Positions 37,223 to 51,295 are shown, counted from the stretch's first letter. The stretch is DNA of 64,000 nt from Paraspadella gotoi (GCA_051294375.1 CM119265.1:12079866-12143865), one strand, 5' to 3'. The notes: generated by a model from the sequence alone, not told the origin. Numbers and translations are program-made.

Positions 37223-37424
37223 TTGAAGAGACAGTAATTATTGTTATGTATTAGTGACAGAACCGTTCAATATAAGAAGTCCCTAAGCTTCGGATCAGGC
37301 TGTAACACCATGTTACAGGCGGGTTAAGCGCCCCGTCCCTCTTAACTGCTAGGCGGCCACCGGGCTAGAACCACGGACCTTTGGGTTGGGAGGCGAATGA
37401 CTTGCCTCTGGCACCAATGGCCGC
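37223..37424 (-). mobile_element. tRNA-derived SINE (tRNA-Gly-like head at 37353-37424)
   Basis: On -: perfect acceptor stem GCGGCCA/TGGCCGC, A-box-like TGGTGCCAGAGG, B-box-like GGTTCTAGCCC, CTCCCAA loop, broken anticodon stem. The 130-bp body is repeated at 37714-37855. Confidence 0.7.
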
Positions 37425-37713
37425 TGATGAACGGTTGGTGGATTTTAGTCCACCATAGTCTAATAATAAAATTGTTGGAAATAAATTTTTTTAAAACTGA
37501 AAAAACTTTTATAATCAAATCAATTAAATTTATTTTTAATCATATAATATAATTGTAAATTATTTAAATAATATTGTGGCCAACGCGGGCGTCGCCATAG
37601 GGGGAGCACGGCTCGACGTCCGACGGCAGAGAATTACGACATCCGAGTCCCAAGTTTCCCGATTCGCGACTGAGTCGCGACGACGATTATGTAGACGAAG
37701 AAGCAGAAGAAAG

Positions 37714-37855
37714 GGTTCTAGCCCGGTGGCCGCCTAGCGGGACGGGGCGCTTAACCCGCCTGTAACACGGTGTTACAGCCTGATCCGAAACTCAGGGACT
37801 GCTTATATTGAACGGTTCTGTCATTAACACATAACAATAATTACTGTCTCTTCAA
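37714..37855 (+). mobile_element. 5'-truncated second SINE copy, inverted relative to the first
   Basis: Starts at the B box (GGTTCTAGCCCGGTGGCCGCC) and matches the reverse complement of 37223-37372. Confidence 0.7.
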
Positions 37856-40800
37856 TTTAATCATTACTTAATACAAGTTTTTTATATTTATATAGTTGAA
37901 AAGAGTTTTAAATACTTGGATTTAGCTATATTTTATAAAAATTAATAATACTAACCACTTTTAAATTTAAATTTGCTATTTTTTCCGATTTTTTTTGTAT
38001 CTTATCGCATTATAAAATTGATAGAACGGGAAAATTGGCCAAGGCCCAAGCGAATTTTTGATTTTTTGATCCTTGGGAATAGTTTGAATAGTTTTACATG
38101 TGTTTCAAAATATTAGGAGGGCACAAGATGTCCTTTATTATTTCTTGTATTTAAACTCCGCGCTATGGAGAGGCCGTAAAAGCTAGAAAGCAGTGTATGT
38201 CGAAAATTAGACTTCTTTACTTTGGTTTATATTTCATATAAATTTATTGATATCTTCAAACGGTTCGGAAATAGGCGTTTATTTGTAAAGATAGACAATT
38301 TTTTATGTTGCTTCGCAACCCTGTAATAGGTATCAAGATGGATTCAGATTTTCAAAAACGTTCACACAAGTTATCACAATATATATACTTTAATTTAAAA
38401 CACCTTTTATTTCCGATTTGAAATTCTCAACATGAGAGATCCCGGTCGATTTTTATCTGGCTCTAAATTATGCAAATTAGTTACGATCGAAATTTGTCAG
38501 ATAACGATGACGCTCTTTATTCGCGTAATTTTAAACGTTTTATTATTGTAATAATAATAAATTAATTGAATATTATAGTTTTAGAAATATATATTTATAA
38601 ATATAAATAATTTATAAGTATTTAACTAATAAAATAAGACAAAAATAGCAATTAAATGAGATCTTGAATGCTCTTGTCTTACCAAAATGAGGAATTCAAA
38701 GAGATTTTTTACATAAAATAAAATATTAACTATTTTGCTTGTTTAAGTTCCTTATTACTTATAATATAAATAATATTGTATTATAAAATTGTATAATTCA
38801 TTCGTTTAAGTTACTATTATACGTTGCTTTAATAAATAGGTAAATCTTGATAACAAAGATTAAAATAACCAATTAAAAGTAAAATTTAAAAAAAATAATA
38901 ATACTAATTAATATTAGTAATTAATAATTTAAATAATATAATTAATAAAAAAATTATTTTAAAATTACTGCAAAGAAAATTAATATTTAAAATTATTAAT
39001 GAAATTTTCTATATTTTTTAAAGTAATTTTTAGTCAAACTAGTTCCATTAGGATTTACCCACTTAGGAATACGTGGGAATACGTGGGCGGATACTATGGG
39101 GCAATTGTATGTGGGCCAATGCACATGGTGCATCCTAGGGGCGCAATTTTATGGGCCCAATAATACTGGCAAATCCTGTACCACCGTATATACATAAGAA
39201 GTGAAAACGATCCATTCAATAACATAATCAATGATTTAGTATATTATGTTGAATGATCAGGTGAAGAAATTTAAATTACAATTAATAAATATACTAAATT
39301 TGAATAGCACAATACATAGATTGGACGATTGGATCCTTTTTGTGTTTAAGCAACATGAACCGGGACTGCTTTTTGATATGGTATTAAATAACTGTCTCTA
39401 TTTTAATTTGTTTAATTTCTGATCATAATCAAAGAACTCTTTATTTATAAAAGAAAACAGAGAACTTTTGAGAGGGAAAACTTAACTTCCAATATTTTAA
39501 AGAATTGCTTTGTTTTAATAAAGTTTTTTAAATAAAACATGCCAATTATAAACATTAATCGAAAACCATTGTATGTAAATAATGATAGATTGCTTTGTTA
39601 ATTCTTCAAATCAACCAGATTGAAAAGCTCGTAGTAAACAAAATTTACGATTAAAAACAATATGATAAATATTGATAACATTTTAATTGTTAACAACAAC
39701 GATGAGGCTAACAATTAGTTCGAAAATGTCCATTTTTAGTTAATAACATTATGTCGTTATTGTTAAACCATTAAAAAGTTATTATTTCGTTTCTAATCAA
39801 ACAAAAATTAATTATTGGCCGTATTCATAGTTATAAAAAATGAAACTATATACATAGGAAATATAAATTGATCTCTATAATATAATAATAGTTAAGAAGA
39901 AGGGGATAAAATGTAATCAAATCAGTACCGTTTAAAGCAATTTTATGTTTGTAAAATATTGTCATTGTTAAAAAAATTTCATCTTTATATTAATTATATT
40001 TATTGTTATTTATCATTTGAACTATATAAGATCATATTTTATAATTTAATTTCTCTTTAATATATGTTTCAGACTGAATTTCAGTACAGCAAAAACAAAA
40101 AATAGCGATTAATTCTAAAATGTTTTCTATTAAAAAAACAGAAAAAAAAAACTATTAAAAAAATACAACGCAGCAAACTAAAAAACCTTATTAAAATTAT
40201 TAAGCATTTATAAATTATTAAAAAAAAAACATAGATAATAATATTATTATTATACATATTGTTTATTAAAAAAAAAAACTAAAACTCATCGTCAGATTTC
40301 ACGGGGGAATAAGATGCTCTTTTTATGAAAATAAATTCGCCGGAAATATCCGCCAGGTGTCTGCTAGTATCTGTTCTTTTTTGACGGCTTGACCGCTTCT
40401 TTAACATTAAACAAGATAAAACGAAATGACGTATTCGATCTCGGATCTCTTATGTTTCAATGCATTAAACTTAAATATTTTTATACGAAAAATTTATTTT
40501 TATACGTTCTGATTAAGTCAAACGTTTTTTATGAAACTCGATGTCTGTATATTACTAACTTTTGTCTACCTTAAACTGATCAATTTTGGCCTGCCTTACT
40601 GATCATCCCCAAAATATCCCAGATGGCCTCCAAAGTCACCATCCGCCGCGACGCACATCGTGGTCCTTTGACTTAAATCTACGACGGCGCGTTCAAGATC
40701 GTCTCTCGCGGCGCCAAATTCTTCTGCCTCGAATTCGCGGGTAAGGGGTGAACTTAGGTAATATTTTGCCTGATTAACTGAGCAATAGGTTACTAGAAAA

Positions 40801-41685
40801 TTGCCTAGGTAAAGAAATTGATTTTTCTTAATAAATATAGGCAATTTCTGAATCAAAATATTTTGCTTATATTTATTTTTTAAAGATAAATAAAACAATA
40901 TATTTTCTTTTATTGTTATAATTTCGTTATCAAACTATATTTTCAATTTTTATTACTATATTTAAGCCCAAAAAATACTTTTCGCAGATGGCATAAAATA
41001 TGAGTATCAGCATTAAGTATGTAGACTACTTTGGATACTACCAGACCCAGAACCAATAAAATTATTATAGAAGATTAATTCATGATAAATAAAAAAATTA
41101 ACAGATAATAAAGAAATAGTAATAACAATAAGGATGCATACATTTAAAAAGATTTGCAATGTAACGAATTCAGTGTATCCTGATATTGATTAGAGATTAA
41201 AACCTTGATCAAAGATGATATAAAAATGAACACAAGACTCAAGTCACCCAAAAATGTTTTGTATCTTATTTAGAATGTCAAAGCTCATTAGAATTCTTTG
41301 GCAGATTATGATATGGATTACTCAATACCTCCCCTAGCTGTTTATATTAAAAAAAATCGAGCTCGATATAGAAAGTAAATATCCTATGGATATAATTTTC
41401 AAATAAAAAAAAATTTAAATCTAAATCAAACACCAAATACCAAACACCAAAAATAGTTTTAGCTATTAATTTTTTTTATATAATTATTTTATGTTTCATT
41501 AAAAATATTTTGAAATTTCAATGTTGAGCAAATTAAAGTTTTATATTTGATAAAGATTTTGTTAAAAAATTAATACTGAAAAATATCCTATTTTGTTATT
41601 TTTTTAATTTTATATGAAAATTTGCAAAATTACTTATTTCAATATCTTATATTTTATATTTTATGAATGTTTTACTATTTAAACT

Positions 41686-41943
41686 TAGAGAAAAACAAAG
41701 TTTATTTGTTTATTTATAACGATTTTTATTTTTACATGGGGACATGTTTCGGCTTATGTATAAGCCTTCATCAGCGTTTGAATAATCAGACAAATTTTTC
41801 TTCTTAACATTGAGTCAGAGAGAGAGAGAGAGAGAGAGAAATGAGAGAGAGAGAGGACAGAAGAGAGAGAAAAACAGAGAGAATAAAGCTTCCAACAAAG
41901 GTTGAGAAAAAAGACAATGGTCAGATTGAGGACAGGTGAAGGT
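41686..41943 (-). mobile_element. Solo 5'-truncated Penelope pLTR inside the hAT element
   Basis: Shares TTCCAACA, GAGGACAGG, AG tracts and the hammerhead with the other pLTRs; flanked by a ~20-bp near-identical direct repeat AATGTTTT(T)ACTATTTAAACT. Confidence 0.7.
41737..41778 (-). ncRNA. Minimal type-I hammerhead ribozyme (stem I weak)
   Basis: On -: G-CTGATGA-A-GGCTTA(taca)TAAGCC-GAAA-CATGTC-C. Confidence 0.75.
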
Positions 41944-43507
41944 AATGTTTTTACTATTTAAACTATATATTTAATTATATTATATACTTTTTAAAATATT
42001 ATTTGGCTCTTAATATCTAATAACTCATTTTGGGAGGAGGAGGTCAGTGTGTTTTCTCTGGAAATCGAGGATCATCTATACAACACTAGGTAGACTACAA
42101 TAGAATACAATTAGACTACAATATTTAATATTTAATACAATATTTAATATTTAATACAATATTTAATATCATTTGGCTTCAAATTATTAATGATAACCTT
42201 TCCCTTTTAAATCTTAGCAAATTAGATCATAAGTTTATCAGTTATATCTTAGTTTTAAAGATCCTTTCCTCAATTAAAAATTGCCTACTTTTATTCAGTT
42301 AACTACTAGGTAAACCAAAAAAGTCTATTACCTTTTAAGAAAAAATCTTTTGCCTAAGTTCACCCCTTATTCGCGGGCCGTCTCGATGACGTCTCGGTTG
42401 ACCGCCTCAAACCTTTCATCGCCAATACGTGGAACCCCAACCATCCACGTGGCGCCTCCAAGAACATGGCTGGCGCCCCACTCGCCAACTCCCGGCCTCA
42501 GACAACGACGCTACACCGCTGCAGTCGATGATTTTACTTATGTGCGCTTTCTCAATATACGCTTACCTTTTATTTTTCGTTCTATATTTCTCAAGGATTA
42601 TATATTATCATCACAGATGAATGAAACCCGGAAACAGAGAAAGGATTAAGGAAGAGAGTTCGGAAGAGGAAGAAGATTCTGGAATGATTTTGAACGGGAT
42701 TTTGGAAGCCAAATTTTATTATTATTAATATTACATTTGCGCGAATAATAAAATTAATAAAATATTTGACTGTCCTTTCTTTCTCTCTTTCTGGCGAAAG
42801 GAATTTTTTATTAATCGCGCGCTCGATTCTCCGCTCGATTAAATAAAAAGAACAACGATCGATCGTTTTAAAAAAAAGAACTAGCGATCGAATTCTAAGA
42901 GTTTTTAAGCGGTAGTCAGATTCGGCGAAAATCTTGATGGAGAAAGTCTTCCGTCGAAGGGGCGAATGTTTTTTTTAGATTTCTCCTAAACGCGTTGTCC
43001 AATTTACTTGAAACTTGATATTTACAATATTCCCGTTATTCTACGTCGGGAGGTATAAAAATATATTAAAAATTCCTCTGGGTTCTGCGGGGACATTTAT
43101 TCCTAAATATACTATGAAAGAAGTAAATAATAGTATATTTTTGAATTCATTAATTAAAAAGTTAAAAATAAAAAGTATAATATTAAAGTAATTTAGTTTT
43201 TTATCTTTTAAATAAGATATCTTTCAACCATATGTAACAAAAATTATATAAAAAGTAGATAATATAAAAAGATTAGTAAGCAAAATAATTGTTATTATTA
43301 TTATTATTTATTATTGTTCAAAATATATCAAATCTAGAAAATGGATTCTGCTTGTTATTAGAGTAAGTGTTGCATGTATTAATGTAAGGCCCAGCATATT
43401 AAAAGGAATAATTAAGATATTCATATAAATTTAATAGATTAAAAAAAAAGAATTATTATTATTACATTAAATCTTATGTAATTAATAATATATGATAATT
43501 ATATAAG

Positions 43508-43680
43508 CTGGAGCCGGGCATTTTTATTTCGGCTCCGGCTCCAGCCAAAAATTTTTTTTGCTCTGGCTCCAGCTCCGGCTCCGGCCAGATAAAAATTCTG
43601 GCTCCGGCTCCGGCTCCGGCTCCTGCAAAAAAAGCTCGGCTCCGGAGGCTCCAGCTCCGGCTTCGGCTCCACATCCCTGG
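43508..43680. repeat. (CCGGCT)n-rich transposon end fragment
   Basis: CTCCGG hexamer arrays ending in CGGCTCCACATCCCTG (CAGGGATG.. on -, a hAT-like terminus); the partner end was not found. Confidence 0.5.
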
Positions 43681-43898
43681 TTTCCAGGATATATTTTGCA
43701 TCCACAATGGCTTTTAGTTTCCATACTTAATCCTTAAATGTTTAACAAAGAATTCGGCGAATTTTCTCTTAGTACGAATTTCGAGTTTAGCTAAAATTTC
43801 AAACATTCAATTTAAATATTTAATTTGAGCTTGAGTCCCTCGATTTCACGAGTCTATCTTCAGTCTGCCTGTCCGTCAATCCCTGTCGCCGCGCCCAC

Positions 43899-44051
43899 CT
43901 CGTGATCGACGCCGGCTTCGATCAGCGTCTGCCCCAACTCCTTCGTCGACTTCCAATCGACGCCGTCGACGAAAAAATCTTCGTAAAAAACATTTTTGGC
44001 GCCGGGAATCGTTCCGGCCGCGACGTCGCCCGGCGCCCGAGTGTCCACCAC
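43899..44051 (-). CDS. Rhodanese/MPST-like sulfurtransferase, exon 5
   Basis: VVDTRAPGDVAAGTIPGAKNVFY..KSTKELGQTLIEAGVDHE; AG acceptor and GT donor, phase 0/0. Confidence 0.85.
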
Positions 44052-44370
44052 CTTAGAAAAAAATAAAGGGAAAAGAGAGGAGGATAAAAATTTGAAAGTT
44101 TGATTGAAAGAAAAAGGGGAGAAGAACGGTCCCAGAAGTGGAGTAACATTAAAAACAAAACAAAAACAAAAAAGTGCAAAAACATTTGAATATTTACAGC
44201 GTGCAAAGATTACAGAAAGACAAACACTTATTAATTAAAATGTATACCAGATTAATAATAATTTTTAAAAAATAATGTAAAGAAAAAAAACAATTAAAAA
44301 AAATATTTCACTTGCACTAGTTTCTCTATCATGATTTTGCAATTAATCATTTGACTTCCTCTACCGACAC

Positions 44371-44508
44371 CTGATATTCCTTGGAATCGCAATTGGCTTT
44401 GACGTCCTCGTATCCACAAAGGAGATCAAAGCGAAAACTCAGTTTCAATTCCGTCGGATCCACTTTGGCCCGGAGTTGAGGAGAACCCGTTTCTGCTTGC
44501 AATCCGTG
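44371..44508 (-). CDS. Rhodanese/MPST-like sulfurtransferase, exon 4 (interdomain linker)
   Basis: HGLQAETGSP...LLCGYEDVKANCDSKEYQ; AAG| acceptor, CAG|GT donor, phase 0/0. Confidence 0.8.
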
Positions 44509-44714
44509 CTTGGTTTTTTCGGGGGAAGGAACACGTGGAAAAAGGAGGGAAGAGAGAGCGAGAGAGAGAGAGAGAAAAGAGATCATAGAGACAAAAAGCG
44601 TGAAATGAGAAAATAAACACTGTCACCACAGGTAAACCATATTTTTATCTTTTTGCACGATATTTCCAGATTTAAGGCCAAAAATAAGAAGAACATCTTC
44701 TCCATTTTGCTCAC

Positions 44715-44847
44715 CCGCTTCCATCCTTCCAAACCCCCGCTCAAAATGGAAACGTTATCCATCCCGAAAATCTTGAACATCCACCAAATTCTAGCGGCGG
44801 ACGCCGTGACGGACTGAGCGTCGTAGACAACGACGAAGCTCGAATTT
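44715..44847 (-). CDS. Rhodanese/MPST-like sulfurtransferase, exon 3
   Basis: NSSFVVVYDAQSVTASAARIWWMFKIFGMDNVSILSGGLEGWKR, the TST/MPST signature; phases fit the neighbouring exons. Confidence 0.92.
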
Positions 44848-45162
44848 CTAAGAAATCAAAGTCGACGCACAATTGCCTTATTATTGTTAGGGACGATCAG
44901 ATCATTGATCAATGATACATTTTATTAGGTTCATAAAGATTATTTAACGGTTCATAAACAATGGATAGAATGAATAATACATTAAATCAATCGAACTAAT
45001 GAATTCATTTTAATCAATCAATCAAATAAATCAATCAATCAATCAATGATTCCATCTTTAAATAAATAAGTATATTAAATCAATCAATCAATCAATCAAT
45101 GATTCCATCTTTAAATAGATAAATAAATAAATTAAATAAACCAATAAATCAATAAATAAATA

Positions 45163-45194
<32 letters not shown>

Positions 45195-45208
45195 CCAATA
45201 AATAAATA

Positions 45209-45244
<36 letters not shown>

Positions 45245-45387
45245 GATAAATAAAAAAATTAAACAATCAATAAATAAATAAATAAATAAATAAATAAATA
45301 TATAAATAAATAAATAAACAAATAAACAAACAAATAAATAAATAAATAAATAAATAAATAAATGATTAAAACAATCAATCTAATCAC

Positions 45388-45530
45388 CTAATTCCCAACC
45401 CGGCCACGTGTTCCGCAAACTGGTCCTTGGTCGGCAGCGCGAAAGAAAATCCCGAATTTTTATCCAAACAAATTTCTAGATCGAAAAGAAGAGCGGATGT
45501 CACGCGGGAGAGTGAGAAACGTCTCTTCGC
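45388..45530 (-). CDS. Rhodanese/MPST-like sulfurtransferase, exon 2
   Basis: AKRRFSLSRVTSALLFDLEICLDKNSGFSFALPTKDQFAEHVAGLGI aligns by eye to MPST HIPGA.FFDID..D..S...MLP...FA....LG; TAG| acceptor, AG|GTGATT donor. Confidence 0.85.
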
Positions 45531-46337
45531 CTAGAAACGAATTCAAAACAAAACGTAAAAAAACAGTATATGACGCGATGTACAGTCTCGTAGAATAAAC
45601 TATGCAGTTAAAAAAAAATTTTCATTATTGATTTTTTTTTTTTTTTATTGTTTCTCATCCTAGGTCATTACTCCGTGAACGTTATGTATAAAAATTAATG
45701 CAAAATCTTTTAATGCTCTCAAGATACAGTTAAATACATAAATGCCGTCAGAATTCAAACTAAAAAGAAGATTGGTTTATTCTATAATGTGTGAACAACA
45801 TATCTCTTAAAAAACAATGCAGTCAGGATCTTTGTTTAAGCGGTCGTTTGATATCAAAAAGCTGGAATTCAAGTTTCAACGGAATCAGGCTAGTGGAAGT
45901 AGGTTTAACTAGAAAAAGAAAAGATCAATTTTAGTTTATTAATTTAATTTGTATTTTTATCGTCGCAATCGCTCTCTCTGTGGTTTCGACAAATGGCGTC
46001 GTCGTCGTTGTCGGCGTTGTTGTCGAGGTCCTTGAAATTGGGTGAGGACAGTTATTAAATATGTTTTGTTTACGTTTTATCAAAATAAACAAATTTTCTC
46101 ATTTTATTTTTATGTCTCCTCTCTCTCTATTCTCTTTTAATTATATATAGCTATCTCTTTCTCTCTTTTCCCCAGTGCTGATTCATCAAAAAAAAACGAG
46201 TCTGCAGCTGGCTCTGCAGGGGCTCTTTCTTTTCTCTCTTTTCTCCTGGTGCTTCTGCTGCTGCCTTTTGATTTTTTTATTTTTTTCTGGCTGCCTCTGC
46301 TGCTGCCGCTGCTGATTCATCAAAAAACGATTTGGCT

Positions 46338-46368
<31 letters not shown>

Positions 46369-46574
46369 GTCACTCTCTCTCTGTCTCACTCTCTCTCTCT
46401 CTTTCTTTCTCTCTTTTTTTTCAGGTTCTGCGTCTGCTGATCAGTTTATTTGTCAATGAAAAAGTTTTCTCCTGCTGCTACTGCTGATTCGTCCGAAAAC
46501 GATTTGGCCTCTCTCTCTCTCTCGCAACATCGGGTTTTTATTTCGTTCTTTCTTCTTGTCACTCTCTTTTTATT

Positions 46575-49500
46575 TTTCGTCGGATCTGCTTTTAGCAGAT
46601 CCCGACTCTATAATTCACTTTGTCGGTCCGTCGGTCCGCCCGCTCAATCTTGACGGGCATTCACTTATATCATGTCAGAACATCGAATTATGATAAATTA
46701 TCCAAAAAAAACGATGTCCGTCCGTCCATCCGTCCGACCTTAGCAAAAAATACCAATTACTCGTGATTGGATGGATGGATTGGAATGATATTTTGTGTGT
46801 GGGTAGGGAAGTGTGTGTGCTTGAGCTGGATATAAAGTTTCGATGGAAAAAAAAATATATTTCACTATTTGGATGGGTCGATTAATCAAGTTTCGATGTT
46901 TCACTAATTGATTATGCTTCTTTTTCTTTTTATTTTAAATGTAAATACAAGATATATTAATTAATCAAATAATTAATCAGTTAATTAATCAATTAATTAA
47001 TCAATAATTAATTAATCAGTCAATTAATCAATTTATTGTTCAATAAATCAATTTATTTATCTATTATTTAATTATTTAATCAATCAATCAAGTCACATTC
47101 AATATCTTTCTTATCTGACAAAAATTCTAAAAGTCAATTATGAACAACGTACCATCAGTGAACATTAATTTGTAAAAAGTATTAATTTTATGTATTTTAA
47201 TTTTCGCAGTACTATCCTTATAAAATCAAAAAAATTCACAATAGGCTTTTCTTAATTTTGATTGCCCAGATATTGCATTCCTGTCAAAAGTTGATAAATC
47301 TTTTTTAGTCGGATCTGCTTATCAGCAGATCCCGACTCTATAACTCACTTTGTCGGTCCGTCGGTCCGCCCCCTCAATATTGTCATCGAATTATGATAAA
47401 TTATGCAAAAAAAAAACGATGTCCGTCCGTCCGTCTGTCTGTCTGTCTGTCTGACTGTCCGTCTCCGTCGTCCGTCCGTCCGTCCGTCCGTCCGTCCGTC
47501 CGTCCTCCGTCCGTCCCCCTTAGCAAAAAACTCCAATTACTCGTGATTGGATGGATGGATTGGTATGAAGTTTTGTGTGTGGGTAGGAAACTGTGTGATG
47601 AGATGGATATGAAGTTTCGAGGGAATCGTGCGAGTGGAAAACAAAAAAAAAATTTCACTATTTGAACGCCAATTCCTCATGAGTGGAGACAATTGACTTG
47701 AAATTTTGTATGATGGTAGGGAAGTGTGTAATTGAGCTGGATATAAAGTTTCGATGGAATCGTGCGAGTGGAAATGAGTTAAAATGGAAAAAACAAAAGT
47801 CATATTTACTTGAAGTGTTTTTACTTAAATTTACTCATAATTATTATTGTTTATTCAAAATTGGATAGATAAATCGAAATGGAATTTTGTGTGTGGGTAG
47901 GAAAGTATGTGATAAAGCTGGATATAATTTTTTTGATGAGAATCGTAGGAGTGGAAAAGAGTTCAAATTAGAAAACCAAAAGACACATTTATTTGAATTT
48001 TTTAAAGTTTCTCTCTCTATCTCTCTCTGATTGATTGATTGATTGATGATTGATTTGATGATTGTTGATTGATTGAATTGACCAAATTATGCCAATTGAC
48101 AAAATATGCCAGTTGACCAAATTCTTAAAGTTGACCAAATTATGCCAGTTGACCAAATTCTGCAAGTTGATCAAGTTCTGCAAGTTGACCAAATTATGCC
48201 TGTTGACCAAATTATGCCTGTTGACCAAATCATGCCAGTTGACCAAATTATGCCAGTTGACCAAATTATGCTAGTTGACCAAATTAGGCCAGTTGATAAA
48301 ATTATGCCAGTTGACCAAATTATGCCGGTTGACCAAATTATCTTAATTGATCAAATTATGTCAGTTGACCAAATTATGTCAGTTGACCAAATTATGTCAG
48401 TAGACCAAATTATGTCAGTTAACCAAATTATGCAAGTTGATTAAATTATGCAAGTTGAACAAGTTAGCTTATTACCACTTAATTATCGATTGACCTGGAA
48501 TTTTGTATGTGAGTAGAAAAGTGTGTGATTGAACATGAAACCAAGTTTCGATGGAATCTTTTGAGTGGAAATGAGTTTTAAATGGAAAAAAACAAAAAAC
48601 CTGTTTCACTAATTGATTATGATTCTTTTTCCTTTTATATTAAATGTATATGCAGGATGTATTAATAAATCAAATAATTAATCAGTTAATTAATCAATTA
48701 GTTAATTAATTAATCAATAATTAATTAATCAGTCAATCAATCCGTCCATCCCTCCCACCTTAGCAAGAAGCTCCAATAACTCGTGATTGGCTGGTTGGAT
48801 TGGAAAGAAATTTTGTGTGTGGGTAGGAAGTGAGTGATAAAGCTGGATATAAAGTTTCGACGGAATCGTGTGAGTTTAAGAAAAGGGTCATTCAATTCAA
48901 CTTCAAAATAGGCTAAAATGGGTACAAATTCAGAAAGCTGAGTCCTGGCGATTCCGAAAATTATTCACTTTATACATTTGATGCATTCTACCCCATTTTA
49001 TATCGGTTTTAATAATAATTAAAAATAAAAGAAACCTATCTGAAGAGTTGCAGGTCAAACGAAAAGCCCAATCCATCTGAATTTTTTAATGAATTCTTTA
49101 TTACTGAATTAGAAAAAATGTTAATAGAGACATTTTTAAATTTCAACTTGTATCCTTGAAAAATCAAACGTTTTTAAACTTTAACCCTGAATTCTTTCTA
49201 ACGTAACGCGTTTATCAAAGGTCTCTCTATTACATTTTACAAAGTTTTAAGATTGCTAATCAAATTTTAATTCAATATTATTGCAGTCGTTTAGGCTGCA
49301 ACTCTCAAATTCAGTGTAGATTCATGTAGCTCGAATTCTTTACCATCTATTTAACTGAAGATTTTGTCCATGACTGGAAAACAACAGAGTACCGAGATTA
49401 ATTGTTTAATTTCTCCCTTCTAAACTATCCCATACCGCGTTTTAACTTCTTACCTAGAATTTTAACAACCAGATTGAAAAACATAATCTTTAAAAAATGT

Positions 49501-50200
49501 GCTTACCCATTTAACTTAACAATTTTGTTATTTACCCATTTAAAAAAATTATTGAAAACAGAATGAACACAAATAAATAATAACTTATCTTTGTGATTAC
49601 TGATGACTATAATGTATTTCTCGATATATTAAGCTCTAAACACATCAATGATACGTATATGTTTATGCTGAATGACCTTTCCTCTTAAGAGGAAAAACAT
49701 AAGTCGCATATTACTAAAATATTTGTAATTATTTTAACACAATAAGTACTCTAAATTAATCATAATTGGATGGATAGATTGAGATTCAAATTTTTGTTGT
49801 GGGATAGAAAAATGTGTATCGATGCTTGATATAAAGTTTCGGTGGAAACGTACGAGTGGAAATGAGTTTAAATGAAAAAAATATAGAGTCACATTTACTT
49901 GAATCTTTTTACTTATTTTAACCCATAATAGATGAGATGAAATTTTGTGAGCGGGTAGGAAAGTTGTGAAGAAGCTAGATAATAAGTTTGACGGAATTGT
50001 GCCAGTGGAAATGAGTTTAAATGGAAAAAACATAAGTAACCTACTTGAATCTTTTTTTATTTTTTTTTTTATTTTTTTTTGAGAGAGAGAGAAGAGGAGA
50101 GCAGAAAAATGAGCATAGGATCGTCGCAATTGCAAAGAAAGAGAGAGAGAGCAGAAAAATGAGCATAAGGATCGTTGCAATTGCAAGAGAAGAGAGAGGA

Positions 50201-50232
<32 letters not shown>

Positions 50233-51260
50233 AGAGAAAGAGTCCGAAATAAAAATTAGCGAATAAAAAAGTTATCTACTCACAGAATAAAAATAATTAA
50301 ATACTTACAAAATACATAAAATTGATAAAATTATTATTCCGATAACATTGTTTAATCAACATGCAATATACTAGTAAGGCAGGCCAAAATTGAAACACTT
50401 TTTATAACTTCTAGTTCTCTCAAAAAAATTTCTTTTCCTTCTACTACTAAATCGATTTCACAATGTAACTTTTTGAATTAGTTCATTGGGTTGTTGCACT
50501 GAATCTTTTAAATATTTATTAATATATAACAAATGACCAAAAAAAATTTTTTAAATTTGATTTTTAAGAACGGTTCTGTAGAGCTTAAAAAGTTGAATGA
50601 AAGTTAGTACTATAATTTTTTCAAATTTTAACATAAATTGGTTAAAAATAGAAAAACCTTAAAAATTATCACATTCATCATTATTGGCTGAATTTTATTT
50701 TTTTAAATTTTTCATTAATAAAACAAAAAAAAGTTGTATAATAACCTTTATCTAACCTTTTAAGCTCTATCAGAATCTATAAAAAATTGATAAGCAAATT
50801 TTAAAAATTATTTTCATTTCAATATTATAATAGTCGCTTAACCATTACCATTAACCATTTGAGAGAACTTCATTAGTTTTCAACCTGTTCGGCCTAATAT
50901 CTAGTACGCGGGCCAAATTGAACACTTTTTATAACTTCGAGTTCTCTTTTAAAAATTTTTTTCTTTTACTACTAAATCGATTTTAAATGTAACTTTTTTT
51001 TAGTTTCATTGGTTTGTTGCACTGAAGCTTTTAAATATTATATTAATATATATAATTATATAAAGTTTTGACGGAATTTGTGCCAGTGGAAATGAGTTTA
51101 GATGGAAAAAACATAAGTCACATTTACTTGAATCTTTAAATTAATGATCTAATAAATGTTTTAATTAATTAATTAGTTAATTAATTAATTAATTAATGTG
51201 AAAAAAATGATGCAAGTTAAAAAAATCTTAAAAGCATAAAGATCGTCGCAATTGCATAAA

Positions 51261-51295
<35 letters not shown>

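Larger units (their letters stand above)
40742..42369. mobile_element. Non-autonomous hAT DNA transposon
   Basis: Perfect 17-bp TIR TAAGGGGTGAACTTAGG; 8-bp TSD TTCGCGGG (40734-40741 and 42370-42377). The right subterminal region recurs at about 54205-54372. Confidence 0.9.
40630..42430 (+). mobile_element. Ty3/Gypsy integrase C-terminal (GPY/F) relic split by a hAT insertion
   Basis: IRRDAHRGPLT*IYDGAFKIVSRGAKFFCLEFAG (to 40741) continues as RLDDVSVDRLKPF after 42377. Confidence 0.8.

Noticed and set aside
37353-37424. Functional tRNA-Gly(CCC) gene
   Set aside because: The anticodon and T stems are mispaired, and it is fused to a repeated body; called a SINE head instead.
37570-37710. Possible missing sulfurtransferase active-site exon (DVVILCRRTSSRA on -)
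   Set aside because: The splice phase does not fit exon 5 and similarity to the TST/MPST C-terminus is poor.
48106-48444. ORF of (MPVDQI)n repeats
   Set aside because: It is the translation of an 18-bp tandem repeat inside a non-autonomous element.
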